From positions 31,701-95,700 of the IMG/VR virus record IMGVR_UViG_3300049172_000080: a stretch of 64,000 nucleotides of DNA. One strand, 5' to 3'. Within the stretch, counting starts at the first letter, position 1. Each line of letters starts with the position of its first letter. A program made the position numbers and the translations under genes. This DNA comes from a virus. The notes under the pieces were generated by a model. That model made no database searches. It was given only the letters and a program-made list of their open reading frames with translations, and was not told where the DNA came from. Positions 37,016-44,727 of this stretch are shown here, in pieces.

Positions 37016-37810
37016 ATGGATGCATCCACCACCACGCGCATCATCGCAATCACGAACCAGAAGGGCGGCGTGGGCAAGACCGCCACGACCGTCGGCACCG
37101 CCGGAGCCCTCGCCGAGATGGGCCACCACGTCCTCATCGTCGACCTGGACCCACAGGGCCACCTCACCAACGCGGTCAAGCTGCCGAAGGCGCCCTCCGG
37201 CCCCGGCGCCGCGAACCTCTACCGCGCGCTCATCGGCGAGTACACAGACGGCGTCGCCGGTCTGGTCGTCACCCACTCCGAGCCCGCAGGCCGCATCGAC
37301 GTCATCCCGAACGCGCTCGAAATGTTCATGGCCGTCCGGGATATCGACAAGACCAAAGCTCGCGAGCACCGCCTGGCGCGGCTGCTGGCACCTGCGCGGG
37401 GCGTCTACGACTTCGTCCTCATCGACGCCCCTCCGTCCCTGGACATCCTCACGGACAACGCATTGACGGCCGCCGACGGCGTGCTGGTCCCGGTCCAGGC
37501 CGAGGACTCCAGCCTGGACGCGCTCAGCCTGCTGCTCCCGCAGATCGAAGCTGTCGACGTAGACCTGCGAGACAAGCCGCTGGAGCTATACGGCATGGTC
37601 GTCAACCTGCTGCGCCGGCCGGTGACCAAGCTCGCCGAGTCTGTCCTGGACGAGCTGAAGAAGCTGGAGGGTCTGCCCATCATCGCCACCGTGCCGCAGT
37701 CCGTCACCATCACCGAGGCGTGGCGGTACGGACGGACGACGGTGGCATATGCGCCCGACTCCGAGCACGCCGAGGCGTACCGCACCATCGCCAGGGCGGT
37801 GAGCCGGTGA
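37016..37810 (+). CDS. parA: ParA-family partition ATPase
   Basis: Deviant Walker A NQKGGVGKTATT. DLDPQ and IDAPPSL motifs. Confidence 0.85.
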   Translation: MDASTTTRIIAITNQKGGVGKTATTVGTAGALAEMGHHVLIVDLDPQGHLTNAVKLPKAPSGPGAANLYRALIGEYTDGVAGLVVTHSEPAGRIDVIPNALEMFMAVRDIDKTKAREHRLARLLAPARGVYDFVLIDAPPSLDILTDNALTAADGVLVPVQAEDSSLDALSLLLPQIEAVDVDLRDKPLELYGMVVNLLRRPVTKLAESVLDELKKLEGLPIIATVPQSVTITEAWRYGRTTVAYAPDSEHAEAYRTIARAVSR

Positions 37811-38646
37811 GCCCCAAGGAACTTCCCTCGCCGGTGCAGGGTGACGCACTGAGGGCCGTTCTCAGGACTCGGCACGTCGGCGCGGAGAAACCCAGCGACA
37901 GCACTGCGGAGCCCGCGAAGGCCGTAGCCGTGGTGGATCCGTTCGCCCCGAAGCCGCTGGACCCCGCCACCGTCACAGGCACTGCCGAGCAGCGCCTGGC
38001 CGTGTACGAGGCTGCCATCGACGGGGCGAAGGAGACCGCAGGCAACTCCATCAAAGCCGCTCGCGCCCGGTTCGTCGTGGAGGCCGGGACGGCCCTGCGC
38101 GCGATCCGCGACGAGGACGGCGGACTCTACAAGGGCTCCTACGAGACGTTCGAGGACTACGTCACCAAGCGCTGGGACATGGACCGCTCCCGCGCCTATC
38201 AGCTCATCGACGCGGTTCCGGCCATGCTCACGATGTCTAAAATTTTCGACACGGCGCCGGTCGAGTCTCAGGCCCGTGCCGTGATCCCAGTCCTGGAGAG
38301 TCACGGCGAGGCGGCCGTGCAGGAGATCGTCGCGTCCATCCGGACGGCCGGGGAGAAGGTCACGGCGAAGACCATCACGGACGCCGGGCGGCGCCTCGGC
38401 TACATCCCCGAGCAGCCGTCGGCCGACGAGGACGCGAAACCGGCAGCCCCCGCGACGGAGCACACGCCCGAACAGGCCCTGGCTATCATCCGGCTGGAGA
38501 AGGGACTGTCCGCGCTGCGCGTCGCGCACAAGGCCCTGCGCGGCACGGTGGTTCCCGATGCCCTCGCCGCCGATCACGAACGCGGCCTGGAGCTGGCCAA
38601 GCAGGTGGCGTCCCTCGCCGCGAAGATCGGCCGGCTCACGCCGTGA
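37807..38646 (+). CDS. ParB-analogue, HTH centromere-binding protein candidate
   Basis: GTGA overlap with parA. Contains the ..FEDYVTKRWDMDRSRAYQLIDA HTH. No clear ParB N-terminal nuclease-like box was seen. Confidence 0.55.
   Translation: MSPKELPSPVQGDALRAVLRTRHVGAEKPSDSTAEPAKAVAVVDPFAPKPLDPATVTGTAEQRLAVYEAAIDGAKETAGNSIKAARARFVVEAGTALRAIRDEDGGLYKGSYETFEDYVTKRWDMDRSRAYQLIDAVPAMLTMSKIFDTAPVESQARAVIPVLESHGEAAVQEIVASIRTAGEKVTAKTITDAGRRLGYIPEQPSADEDAKPAAPATEHTPEQALAIIRLEKGLSALRVAHKALRGTVVPDALAADHERGLELAKQVASLAAKIGRLTP
38234..38255. promoter_or_regulatory. parS-like AT-centred palindrome (copy 1, inside the parB-like gene)
   Basis: TGTCTAAAATTTTCGACACGGC. The core GTGTCTAAAA/TTTTCGACAC is an imperfect 20-bp palindrome. 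Confidence 0.5.
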
Positions 38647-38654
38647 CGGACACG

Positions 38655-38690
38655 ACGAAGCCCCGGGGCCAGGACGGCTCCGGGGCTTCG
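38655..38690. terminator. Bidirectional hairpin terminator
   Basis: CGAAGCCCCGG / CCGGGGCTTCG. Confidence 0.65.
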
Positions 38691-38708
38691 GGCTGTACGG
38701 GGTCAGAG

Positions 38709-38942
38709 TCACGCGGTTGGGTCGGTGGTCCCAGTCCAGTCGCTGTGCCTGAAGTTCCGGCTTCCAGGGTGCTTGCGCTTCAAGTATTCGACGGCTCCGT
38801 CGATGAGACTCTGCCTCTTGTCATCGGGGTCGTCTGCTGCGCACACGAGGTCGTGCGTCACAGTCCATGAGTAGTGATCACCAGTGACGGTGCAACTCAG
38901 CCTCCTGGGTGGCTGCACTGCTGTCTCGTATGTGTTGCGCAT
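38709..38942 (-). CDS. hypothetical protein (77 aa)
   Basis: ATG after CTGACCAGAACGAGGAACA. Confidence 0.5.
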   Translation of the reverse strand: MRNTYETAVQPPRRLSCTVTGDHYSWTVTHDLVCAADDPDDKRQSLIDGAVEYLKRKHPGSRNFRHSDWTGTTDPTA

Positions 38943-38957
38943 TGTTCCTCGTTCTGG

Positions 38958-39179
38958 TCAGAGTCCTGCGATGATGCGGGCCGCGTTGTGGTCGGTGCAG
39001 TGTCCGTGCTCACCGGCCCAGTCGGCAACGTCCAGCGGCCAGCGCTTGTCGAAGTAGCCGATGACGACGACCGCGCCCTCCTGGCGGACGGTGTGGACCT
39101 CGTCGCCGGGCCGGGTGGCCTCCTCGATGACGGCCTTCGCGTGCTCCTCGTCCAGGCAGACGAGTCGGGTCTCGGGCAT
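38958..39179 (-). CDS. hypothetical protein (73 aa)
   Basis: ATG after CTGACCAAGGAAGAGAGGAACCGTC. Confidence 0.5.
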   Translation of the reverse strand: MPETRLVCLDEEHAKAVIEEATRPGDEVHTVRQEGAVVVIGYFDKRWPLDVADWAGEHGHCTDHNAARIIAGL

Positions 39180-39200
39180 GACGGTTCCTCTCTTCCTTGG

Positions 39201-39488
39201 TCAGCGGCGCGGTGGGTGGCAGGTAGGACAGGCGTCCGCGTTGGGCATGTTGAGGACCCCGTGGGCTGCGCGAGTGGCAGCGGCCCACGGGTGGTAGCCG
39301 CCCTCGTGCTCGCGGAACGGTGCGAGCCACGCCATGTCATCGGCCACCCGGTCGAGCCAGTCCCCGAGGGGTGCCGTGTAGAACTTGCGCCCCGGGTCCA
39401 GGTTCGGATCCGGCTCGCGCATCCGATCAGCGGCCTGCTGGAGGTGTCGGGCTGCGGGCCACCTGGTCCGGGTAGCTGCCACGGTCAC
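39201..39488 (-). CDS. hypothetical protein (95 aa)
   Basis: The GTG start overlaps the upstream stop (GTGA). Only this part of the 238-aa track ORF looks coding. Confidence 0.5.
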   Translation of the reverse strand: MTVAATRTRWPAARHLQQAADRMREPDPNLDPGRKFYTAPLGDWLDRVADDMAWLAPFREHEGGYHPWAAATRAAHGVLNMPNADACPTCHPPRR

Positions 39489-40303
39489 TCCTCCCCGGCG
39501 AGCAGCTTGAGCGACTCGACGGCCGCGTAATCCACAGCCGCGAACTCGTCGCCCTCGAACGCCATCTTGTCCCCGACCAGCTCCAGGGCGTAGCGCAGCA
39601 TCGCGCGCTCGGCGGAGTTCAGCCCCGGCCGGACCCCTGTCGACGTCACGTGGACCAGCGACTTGGTGTGGCTGGGTGTACCGAGCTGCTCCCGGCCGGC
39701 GCACCACGAACACCCCTCCACGATCAGCCCGTCGTGCTCCGTGTCGTGCAGCGCCTTCACGTGCGTGCACGGGGTGAGGGAGACGGGCGGGCCAGTCTTC
39801 TCCGGGGCCTGGTCCGCCCGGATCTGCTGAGCCAGCTCGTCGAGACCGGTGGGCCGCCACGCGGGGTCCTCGACAGTCACCTCGTCGGCAATCCGCCGTA
39901 CCTCGGCCGTGGCCCACCGGGCTCCTTCGCAGAAGTCGGCGGTGCTCCCCGCCGTCTGCGGGAGGTCTTCCGAGTCGACCAACTCAGCCGTGCGGTGCAG
40001 GATGCGCGACACCAGGCCGACGGAGTCCGCGTCGTCCTCGGGGGCCGGGACGTAGCGGTACCAGCCGAGCCGGTCCATGTCCGCGCTGTCGACGAACCGG
40101 CCGCGCATCGCGGGCTCGGGCACGAACCACGGCCCGTTGCCGGGGTCGTAGAACGCGAACAGGCGCCGGTCCGGAGATAGGCGGAACTCCCATCCCTCCG
40201 GCACGGGTGGGCGGTTGGACGGAGAGCTGTCGATGTTGTGACCAAGGGCTTCACGGATCTCCCTCATGGTCATTGCGCGGCCGGTGGGCCGAGAGTCGGT
40301 CAT
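39485..40303 (-). CDS. hypothetical protein (272 aa)
   Basis: ATG (MTDSRPTG) after GACCATGGAAACGAGGAGCG. Confidence 0.55.
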   Translation of the reverse strand: MTDSRPTGRAMTMREIREALGHNIDSSPSNRPPVPEGWEFRLSPDRRLFAFYDPGNGPWFVPEPAMRGRFVDSADMDRLGWYRYVPAPEDDADSVGLVSRILHRTAELVDSEDLPQTAGSTADFCEGARWATAEVRRIADEVTVEDPAWRPTGLDELAQQIRADQAPEKTGPPVSLTPCTHVKALHDTEHDGLIVEGCSWCAGREQLGTPSHTKSLVHVTSTGVRPGLNSAERAMLRYALELVGDKMAFEGDEFAAVDYAAVESLKLLAGEE

Positions 40304-40338
40304 CGCTCCTCGTTTCCATGGTCGTCGTCTGCCTGCTG

Positions 40339-40436
40339 TGGTGGGCCCGCCCGGAGTCGAACCGGGGGCCTCGCAGAGCGCGTGGGAACCGACCAAGGTT
40401 CGCGCTCGGATGCGAGGCTGCCGCGCTACGGGGCCC
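40339..40436 (-). ncRNA. tRNA-like element (98 nt, non-canonical)
   Basis: Minus-sense GGGCCC(C)G...CCCGG-TTCGACT-CCGGG-CGGGCCC-A-CCA. It has a canonical T-arm, a 6/7-bp acceptor stem, a discriminator and an encoded CCA. The middle is aberrant: G at position 33 in the best anticodon-loop reading and a variable region of about 26 nt. Confidence 0.45.
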
Positions 40437-40500
40437 TCGTGCCGCAGGCCGGTGAGCCTGCGAGCGGTGCCGGGATCACGGCTCCCGGCCGGCCGTCGTG

Positions 40501-41388
40501 CTACAGGTTCCAATCAGCGGCAGGGTCCGGGTCAGAAACGGTCTCCCGACCGGACAGGTTCGCCGATGGCGCGGCGCTCTGCCCCGCCACCCGCGCCGCG
40601 TTGGCCATGTCGGCGTCGGTCTGCTGCGTGCCACCGCCGTTGACCAACAAGTAGAACCGGGCTTCGTCGGCTACGGTGGCGCAGTCCTTGGCCTCGGCGA
40701 CCATGAGGCCGAAGCGGCTGCGGGTGAACCGCTGGCCGACGTCGGTGAGGCCGTTGTGGCGGACGTACGGGCCGTCCTCAGTGTCCTCAGTCGTCTCCAC
40801 GAACTTGGCCGGGACCCAGGAGGCCGGGATGGCGAACTCGCTGCGGAACCACATGAGCGCCGTGGTCAACCGCTGCTTGCCGTCGATGACGGCCCACATG
40901 CCCTTGCCCGTCTCGTACGGGTCGGGGTTGCCGGCCCGGCGCCACGCCTCATTGCCCCGGTCTGCCAGGGTGACGACGTGGGTGGGCAGGCCGCGCAGCC
41001 AGGACTCCACGAGCGCGATGCGTTGGTCCAGCGTCCACACGCTGCCGCGCTGGTAAGGCGGGTCCAGCAGCAGGGCGCCGTCGTTGATGAGGTCCACCAG
41101 GCCCTTGGCCTCGCGGTAGGACGGGTTCAGGCTGGTGTGTTCCAGCGGGGCGGCGGTCTGCCGGGTCATGGCCGGTTCCTCGTTTCCGTGATCGTCGTTC
41201 CAGGGTGTGCCGTCTGGGTTTTCGGGGCGGCAGGACCGGGCCGCGTAGCGGACGTCCACGATGTCCTCCCACGGCTCCGGGTCACGCGGCCGGCGGGGGT
41301 CCCAGCGGACCGAGTCTCCCCACACTGTCCGGATCACTGCCCCGCGCTTCTGCGCGCGGAGCAGGTCCCGGGTCGTCCAGGCGGCCAT
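40501..41388 (-). CDS. DUF262 (ParB-like/GmrSD N-terminal type) domain protein
   Basis: DPPYQRGSVW and VIDGKQRLTT motifs. The ATG at 41388 overlaps the upstream stop. An internal in-frame leader plus ATG occurs at 41169. Confidence 0.6.
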   Translation of the reverse strand: MAAWTTRDLLRAQKRGAVIRTVWGDSVRWDPRRPRDPEPWEDIVDVRYAARSCRPENPDGTPWNDDHGNEEPAMTRQTAAPLEHTSLNPSYREAKGLVDLINDGALLLDPPYQRGSVWTLDQRIALVESWLRGLPTHVVTLADRGNEAWRRAGNPDPYETGKGMWAVIDGKQRLTTALMWFRSEFAIPASWVPAKFVETTEDTEDGPYVRHNGLTDVGQRFTRSRFGLMVAEAKDCATVADEARFYLLVNGGGTQQTDADMANAARVAGQSAAPSANLSGRETVSDPDPAADWNL

Positions 41389-41615
41389 CAGAGGGCGGTG
41401 ACGGTGAACTTGCCGCAGTCCACTTCGTTGTCGTCGATGAGTCGGCCGCCCAGCATGTCGTCGTTCAGGTCACCACCGATGGTTCCCCGGCTGACGTGGT
41501 TGACGTACCAGGCGAGTTCCTGGATCAGCTCGTCACGGTCGTCCGCCGTGATGATGGCGGGCTTCGCGTTGAAGTCCTGGCCGACGGGGGCGAAGTCGAC
41601 GCGGTACGTGGTCAT
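41388..41615 (-). CDS. hypothetical protein (75 aa)
   Basis: ATG after GGAAACGAGGAACCGACC. Promoter copy h lies upstream. Confidence 0.55.
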   Translation of the reverse strand: MTTYRVDFAPVGQDFNAKPAIITADDRDELIQELAWYVNHVSRGTIGGDLNDDMLGGRLIDDNEVDCGKFTVTAL

Positions 41616-41653
41616 GGTCGGTTCCTCGTTTCCGGCCGGTCTGTCCGGCTCAC

Positions 41654-41693
41654 TGATTTAATTAAATCAGAAAGTCCCGGGGCACACAACCCC
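41654..41693 (-). promoter_or_regulatory. Conserved phage promoter cassette (copy h)
   Basis: Minus-sense GGGGTTGTGT-N17-TTTAAT. Perfect palindrome TGATTTAATTAAATCA. The -35 element lies inside the hairpin GTCCCGGGG..CCCCGGGAC. Confidence 0.65.
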
Positions 41694-41726
41694 GGGACTC
41701 GATTCGATTCCTTGGTCAGCGGTAGG

Positions 41727-41927
41727 TCAGGACGTGGCGGCCGAGACGTCCAGTTTCCGCAGCCCGAGGTACAGGCCCCGGTCCAGGCCGTTGGAGTAGG
41801 TCCGCTGCACGATGACGAGGGCCCGGTCATACGGCACGCCGAGGCGGGTCAGCTCGGATATCGCCGCGTCGTTCTGGTCCTGCGCGGCAGTGAACCCGGG
41901 GTCGGCGATGCGGTCCTGCTTCGTCAC
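41727..41927 (-). CDS. hypothetical protein (66 aa)
   Basis: GTG start after GAGAGGACGACCGACC. Confidence 0.5.
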   Translation of the reverse strand: MTKQDRIADPGFTAAQDQNDAAISELTRLGVPYDRALVIVQRTYSNGLDRGLYLGLRKLDVSAATS

Positions 41928-42052
41928 GGTCGGTCGTCCTCTCTGGGGCCCCGTCGGCCGGCACGGATCATACGGCCGGAGCGGGGAATCGCTTCCTTGA
42001 TTCCTTGGTCAGATGGTGCAGGACCCCGGCCGCCGCGCCGGGGTCCGGTGAG

Positions 42053-42187
42053 TCAGGCGTCCTTGTCGGGCCGGTACTCATGGGGGCCCGGCCGGGCGAA
42101 CAGGTACCCGCACAGGTCACAGTCGCCGCTGTGGTGTTCCTTCTCCGGGTGCCCGCACTCGGCACACGGCAGCTTTCGGGTCTTCAT
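42053..42187 (-). CDS. small zinc-ribbon protein (44 aa)
   Basis: MKTRKLPCAECGH..GDCDLCG. ATG after GACCAGGAAACGAGGAACCGACT. Confidence 0.45.
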   Translation of the reverse strand: MKTRKLPCAECGHPEKEHHSGDCDLCGYLFARPGPHEYRPDKDA

Positions 42188-42239
42188 AGTCGGTTCCTCG
42201 TTTCCTGGTCTACGGTCCGTCCTGGTGACCAGTTCTGCG

Positions 42240-42431
42240 TCAGACGTTACGGGTGGAGGCCCGGCGCTCGGCGCGGTCGGCGACCCAGCGGGAGAACTCA
42301 CTTCCCGACTCGACACCGACGATCCCGGTGGTCCGGCCGGTGTCGGGGTCACTGGTGATCTCCACGCCATTGCCCTCGCGGAGCTGCTGAACGATGTACT
42401 CGGCGTTGCTGTCGGTCACTGTGTTCTGCAC
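42240..42431 (-). CDS. hypothetical protein (63 aa)
   Basis: GTG start after GACCAAGGAATGAGGAACCGGCC. Confidence 0.5.
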   Translation of the reverse strand: MQNTVTDSNAEYIVQQLREGNGVEITSDPDTGRTTGIVGVESGSEFSRWVADRAERRASTRNV

Positions 42432-42492
42432 GGCCGGTTCCTCATTCCTTGGTCTGCGGTCCGTCTGTCCGGGACGCCGGCTGGTGTCCCGA

Positions 42493-42532
42493 TGAATTAA
42501 TTAAACCATGGGTTGGGGCGAGACACAACCCC
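42493..42532 (-). promoter_or_regulatory. Conserved phage promoter cassette (copy i)
   Basis: Minus-sense GGGGTTGTGT-N17-TTTAAT. Palindrome TGAATTAATTAAACCA. Confidence 0.6.
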
Positions 42533-42540
42533 GGACACGA

Positions 42541-42575
42541 CGAAGCCCCGGGCCGTAGGAGGCTCCGGGGCTTCG
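42541..42575. terminator. Hairpin terminator (CACGACGAAGCCCCGG family)
   Basis: CGAAGCCCCGG / CCGGGGCTTCG. Confidence 0.65.
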
Positions 42576-42595
42576 CTGCTGTGCGTCTCAGGTCG

Positions 42596-43111
42596 TCAGC
42601 GCGGGCTGTGCTTCCGCGCGAACTCGGCGGCGGCGTCCAGCAGGCCGCGCACCTCGTCCCAGGTGCGTCCCCGCTTCTTCACCCACGGCGTGCTTTGCGC
42701 GGACGGGAAACCGGTGTAGGCACACACCATGGCGTTCAGGACCCGGTCAGCCACTGTCTGGGTGTCGGTGTCGCCGGACGTGTGAGTCACTTCGTACATC
42801 GCCTCCGTCAGGGTCATCGGGCCCGGGGCCGCGACGGCGGACCGCAGGAAGCGCAGCCCGGCCAGCAGCAGCGCCTTGACCGACATCGATTCGTCGACCT
42901 CGGAGAGCTGCGGGTCCTCGGGGCAGTTGCGCGCCCAGCCGCGCACCGCAAGCATCGTGGAGACGTCCTCGATGTACTCGGACACGCCATGGCCGGTCAC
43001 GGGCTCCCCGGACCGTCCGGTCCAGAAGCCTTCGGAGGCGGTGTACTCGGAGGCCCTGTCCGTGACGTCGGCGGAGCTGAAGCTACGGGCAGGGGTGGTG
43101 GTGTCGGTCAT
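42596..43111 (-). CDS. hypothetical protein (171 aa)
   Basis: ATG after GACCAAGGAATGAGGAACCGCC. Confidence 0.55.
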   Translation of the reverse strand: MTDTTTPARSFSSADVTDRASEYTASEGFWTGRSGEPVTGHGVSEYIEDVSTMLAVRGWARNCPEDPQLSEVDESMSVKALLLAGLRFLRSAVAAPGPMTLTEAMYEVTHTSGDTDTQTVADRVLNAMVCAYTGFPSAQSTPWVKKRGRTWDEVRGLLDAAAEFARKHSPR

Positions 43112-43146
43112 GGCGGTTCCTCATTCCTTGGTCTGATCGAGCACAA

Positions 43147-43185
43147 TGGATTAACTAAACCAAGATCCAGGGGTGTGCGCAAGAC
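43147..43185 (-). promoter_or_regulatory. Conserved phage promoter cassette (copy j)
   Basis: Minus-sense TTGCGC-N17-TTTAGT. Palindrome TGGATTAACTAAACCA. Confidence 0.55.
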
Positions 43186-43192
43186 CGCACGA

Positions 43193-43227
43193 CGAAGCCC
43201 CGGGCCGCGTACGGCTCCAGGGCTTCG
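43193..43227. terminator. Hairpin terminator (same family, imperfect)
   Basis: CGAAGCCCCGG / CCAGGGCTTCG. Confidence 0.55.
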
Positions 43228-43246
43228 CTGCTGTGCTGTCGGATCG

Positions 43247-44230
43247 TCAGGCCGCCAGCACCTCCTCGCGCTCCCCGATGCCCGACGCGGCCCGGACGGC
43301 CGCGAGGGCCAGGGCCTTAGGAACGGCGTTGCCAACCTGGAGGTACTGCTGCCCGGACTTCCCCTGGAAAACGAGGCCCGGCCGGAACCCCTGAAGCGCG
43401 GCGCACTCAGCCACGGTCGGCCGCAGGTGTTTGCACGGCTCGTCCGGGTCGTCGTGGTCCCGGCCGCACAGAGGCATGCGGTCCTGCCAGGCGCTGGTGC
43501 CCATGGCCCGTCGCATCGCCTGCCGGGAACCGTTGCCGAACGGCTCCGCCCCGCCGGTGTAGACCCCGCCGCCGGTGACCGCCGGGGACGGGCGCCGGGT
43601 GTACCCCCAGCCGATGACATCCGCCATGGCGACGAGCGGCGGCTGCCCGGGCCCGCCGTGCGTCGGCGCGGGCAGGGCCACCTCCCGCACCCGGGAGGCG
43701 AGCAGGATGGCACGGGGCCGATTCTGCCCGGCACCGTGCCGCTCAGCGTGCAGGACGCCGGCCGCCGTGCTGTAGCCCCAGCCGTCCAGGATCTCCGCCA
43801 CGTGCGCCCACACGGGGAGCACGGCGTCGACCTGCTCCAGGACCACCCACTGGGGGCGCAGAGCGTACAGCCATCGCACGGGCTCGGCGGTCAGGATGGA
43901 CCTGGGGTCCAGGCACCCGGCCCCGTGCACCGTGCGGGTGTCCCGGCCCTGGGCCAAGTCGTCGATTGCCTCGTGGACCAGTGGCAGATCAGTAAGCCCC
44001 AGTTTCCGGCCGGACTTCCCGAACGGCGGGCAGGGCGGCCCACCCACCAGTGCCTCGGTACCGGCGGACGAGTCCACGGGGTACTCGGTGACGTCGCACT
44101 GAGTGGTCCAGTGCTTCGCCATCTTGCGCGTTGCGCACGTAGCCGGGTCCATCTCGAACCCCCGGCTCTGCATCCCGAGACTGCGCAGGACTTCGCTGAA
44201 GCCGATGCCGGCGAATATCTCCGTGATCAT
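43247..44230 (-). CDS. DNA (cytosine-5) methyltransferase
   Basis: Motif I IFAGIGF, motif IV GGPPCPPFG, and QVGNAVP. ATGA overlap with the upstream gene. Confidence 0.85.
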   Translation of the reverse strand: MITEIFAGIGFSEVLRSLGMQSRGFEMDPATCATRKMAKHWTTQCDVTEYPVDSSAGTEALVGGPPCPPFGKSGRKLGLTDLPLVHEAIDDLAQGRDTRTVHGAGCLDPRSILTAEPVRWLYALRPQWVVLEQVDAVLPVWAHVAEILDGWGYSTAAGVLHAERHGAGQNRPRAILLASRVREVALPAPTHGGPGQPPLVAMADVIGWGYTRRPSPAVTGGGVYTGGAEPFGNGSRQAMRRAMGTSAWQDRMPLCGRDHDDPDEPCKHLRPTVAECAALQGFRPGLVFQGKSGQQYLQVGNAVPKALALAAVRAASGIGEREEVLAA

Positions 44231-44724
44231 TCCTCGTCCTCCAGCTCGTCGTCGGCGGTGCCGCCGTTCCAGCACCGCGCGCAGTACCAGCCGGACGTCA
44301 CCGGCCCGCGCTGGGACTTCAGCCCGGGGTGGGTCTCCTGCGTCACCTCGAACAGCCGCTCCGTGCCGTGGCTGCACGCCTCGCACCGCAGGACGGCGAT
44401 GGACTGGTGGACCAAGCCGCGCCGGCGCAGCTCGTCGCGCAGGGCCCGTGTGTAGGCGTAGACCTCTCGCTCGGCCGCTTGGTCGGGCAGCCTGCCGATC
44501 ACCTCGGCGAGCTGGTACCGACGCAGCAACTGGTCGGCGGTCACGCGCTTCCAGTGGGCGCCGCCGAGACCGGAGTACCGCCGGGCTGCCTGCCTCAGCG
44601 CGTCGAACTCCTCAGCCGTCGGGGCGACGTAGCCCTCCGGCGGCCAGACCTTCACGCGGGGCGCGTAGCCACCGGACTGCTTCGCCTTCAGCCGGGCCCG
44701 GGGCGACAGAGTGTCGACTGCCAT
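44227..44724 (-). CDS. hypothetical zinc-ribbon protein (165 aa)
   Basis: CEAC...CARC pairs and an acidic tail. Confidence 0.55.
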   Translation of the reverse strand: MAVDTLSPRARLKAKQSGGYAPRVKVWPPEGYVAPTAEEFDALRQAARRYSGLGGAHWKRVTADQLLRRYQLAEVIGRLPDQAAEREVYAYTRALRDELRRRGLVHQSIAVLRCEACSHGTERLFEVTQETHPGLKSQRGPVTSGWYCARCWNGGTADDELEDEE

Positions 44725-44727
44725 GGG

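Noticed and set aside
39201-39917. 238-aa ORF from the six-frame track.
   Set aside because: The N-terminal 143 codons overlap the 39485..40303 gene in another frame and look non-coding (Arg/Gly/Pro-rich). Only the last 95 codons, from the GTG at 39488, were retained.
40339-40436. Two alternative readings of the tRNA-like element: a standard tRNA-Ser(CGA), or an attP copy of a host tRNA 3' end.
   Set aside because: As a tRNA, the best anticodon loop has G instead of U at position 33. The variable region is about 26 nt, the total length is 98 nt, and the acceptor stem needs a bulged C. As attP, both acceptor halves are present and the recombinase gene is 37 kb away. It was kept only as a tRNA-like ncRNA candidate.
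41928-41990. 15-codon upstream ORF (MIRAGRRGPREDDRP) overlapping the GTG start of 41727..41927.
   Set aside because: There is no supporting RBS spacing or conservation evidence available. It is noted only as a possibility.
42449-44455. 668-aa plus-strand ORF across the methyltransferase region, plus other plus-strand ORFs in the 34-64 kb arm.
   Set aside because: They are antisense to minus-strand genes that have the conserved leader and, in this case, canonical C5-methyltransferase motifs.
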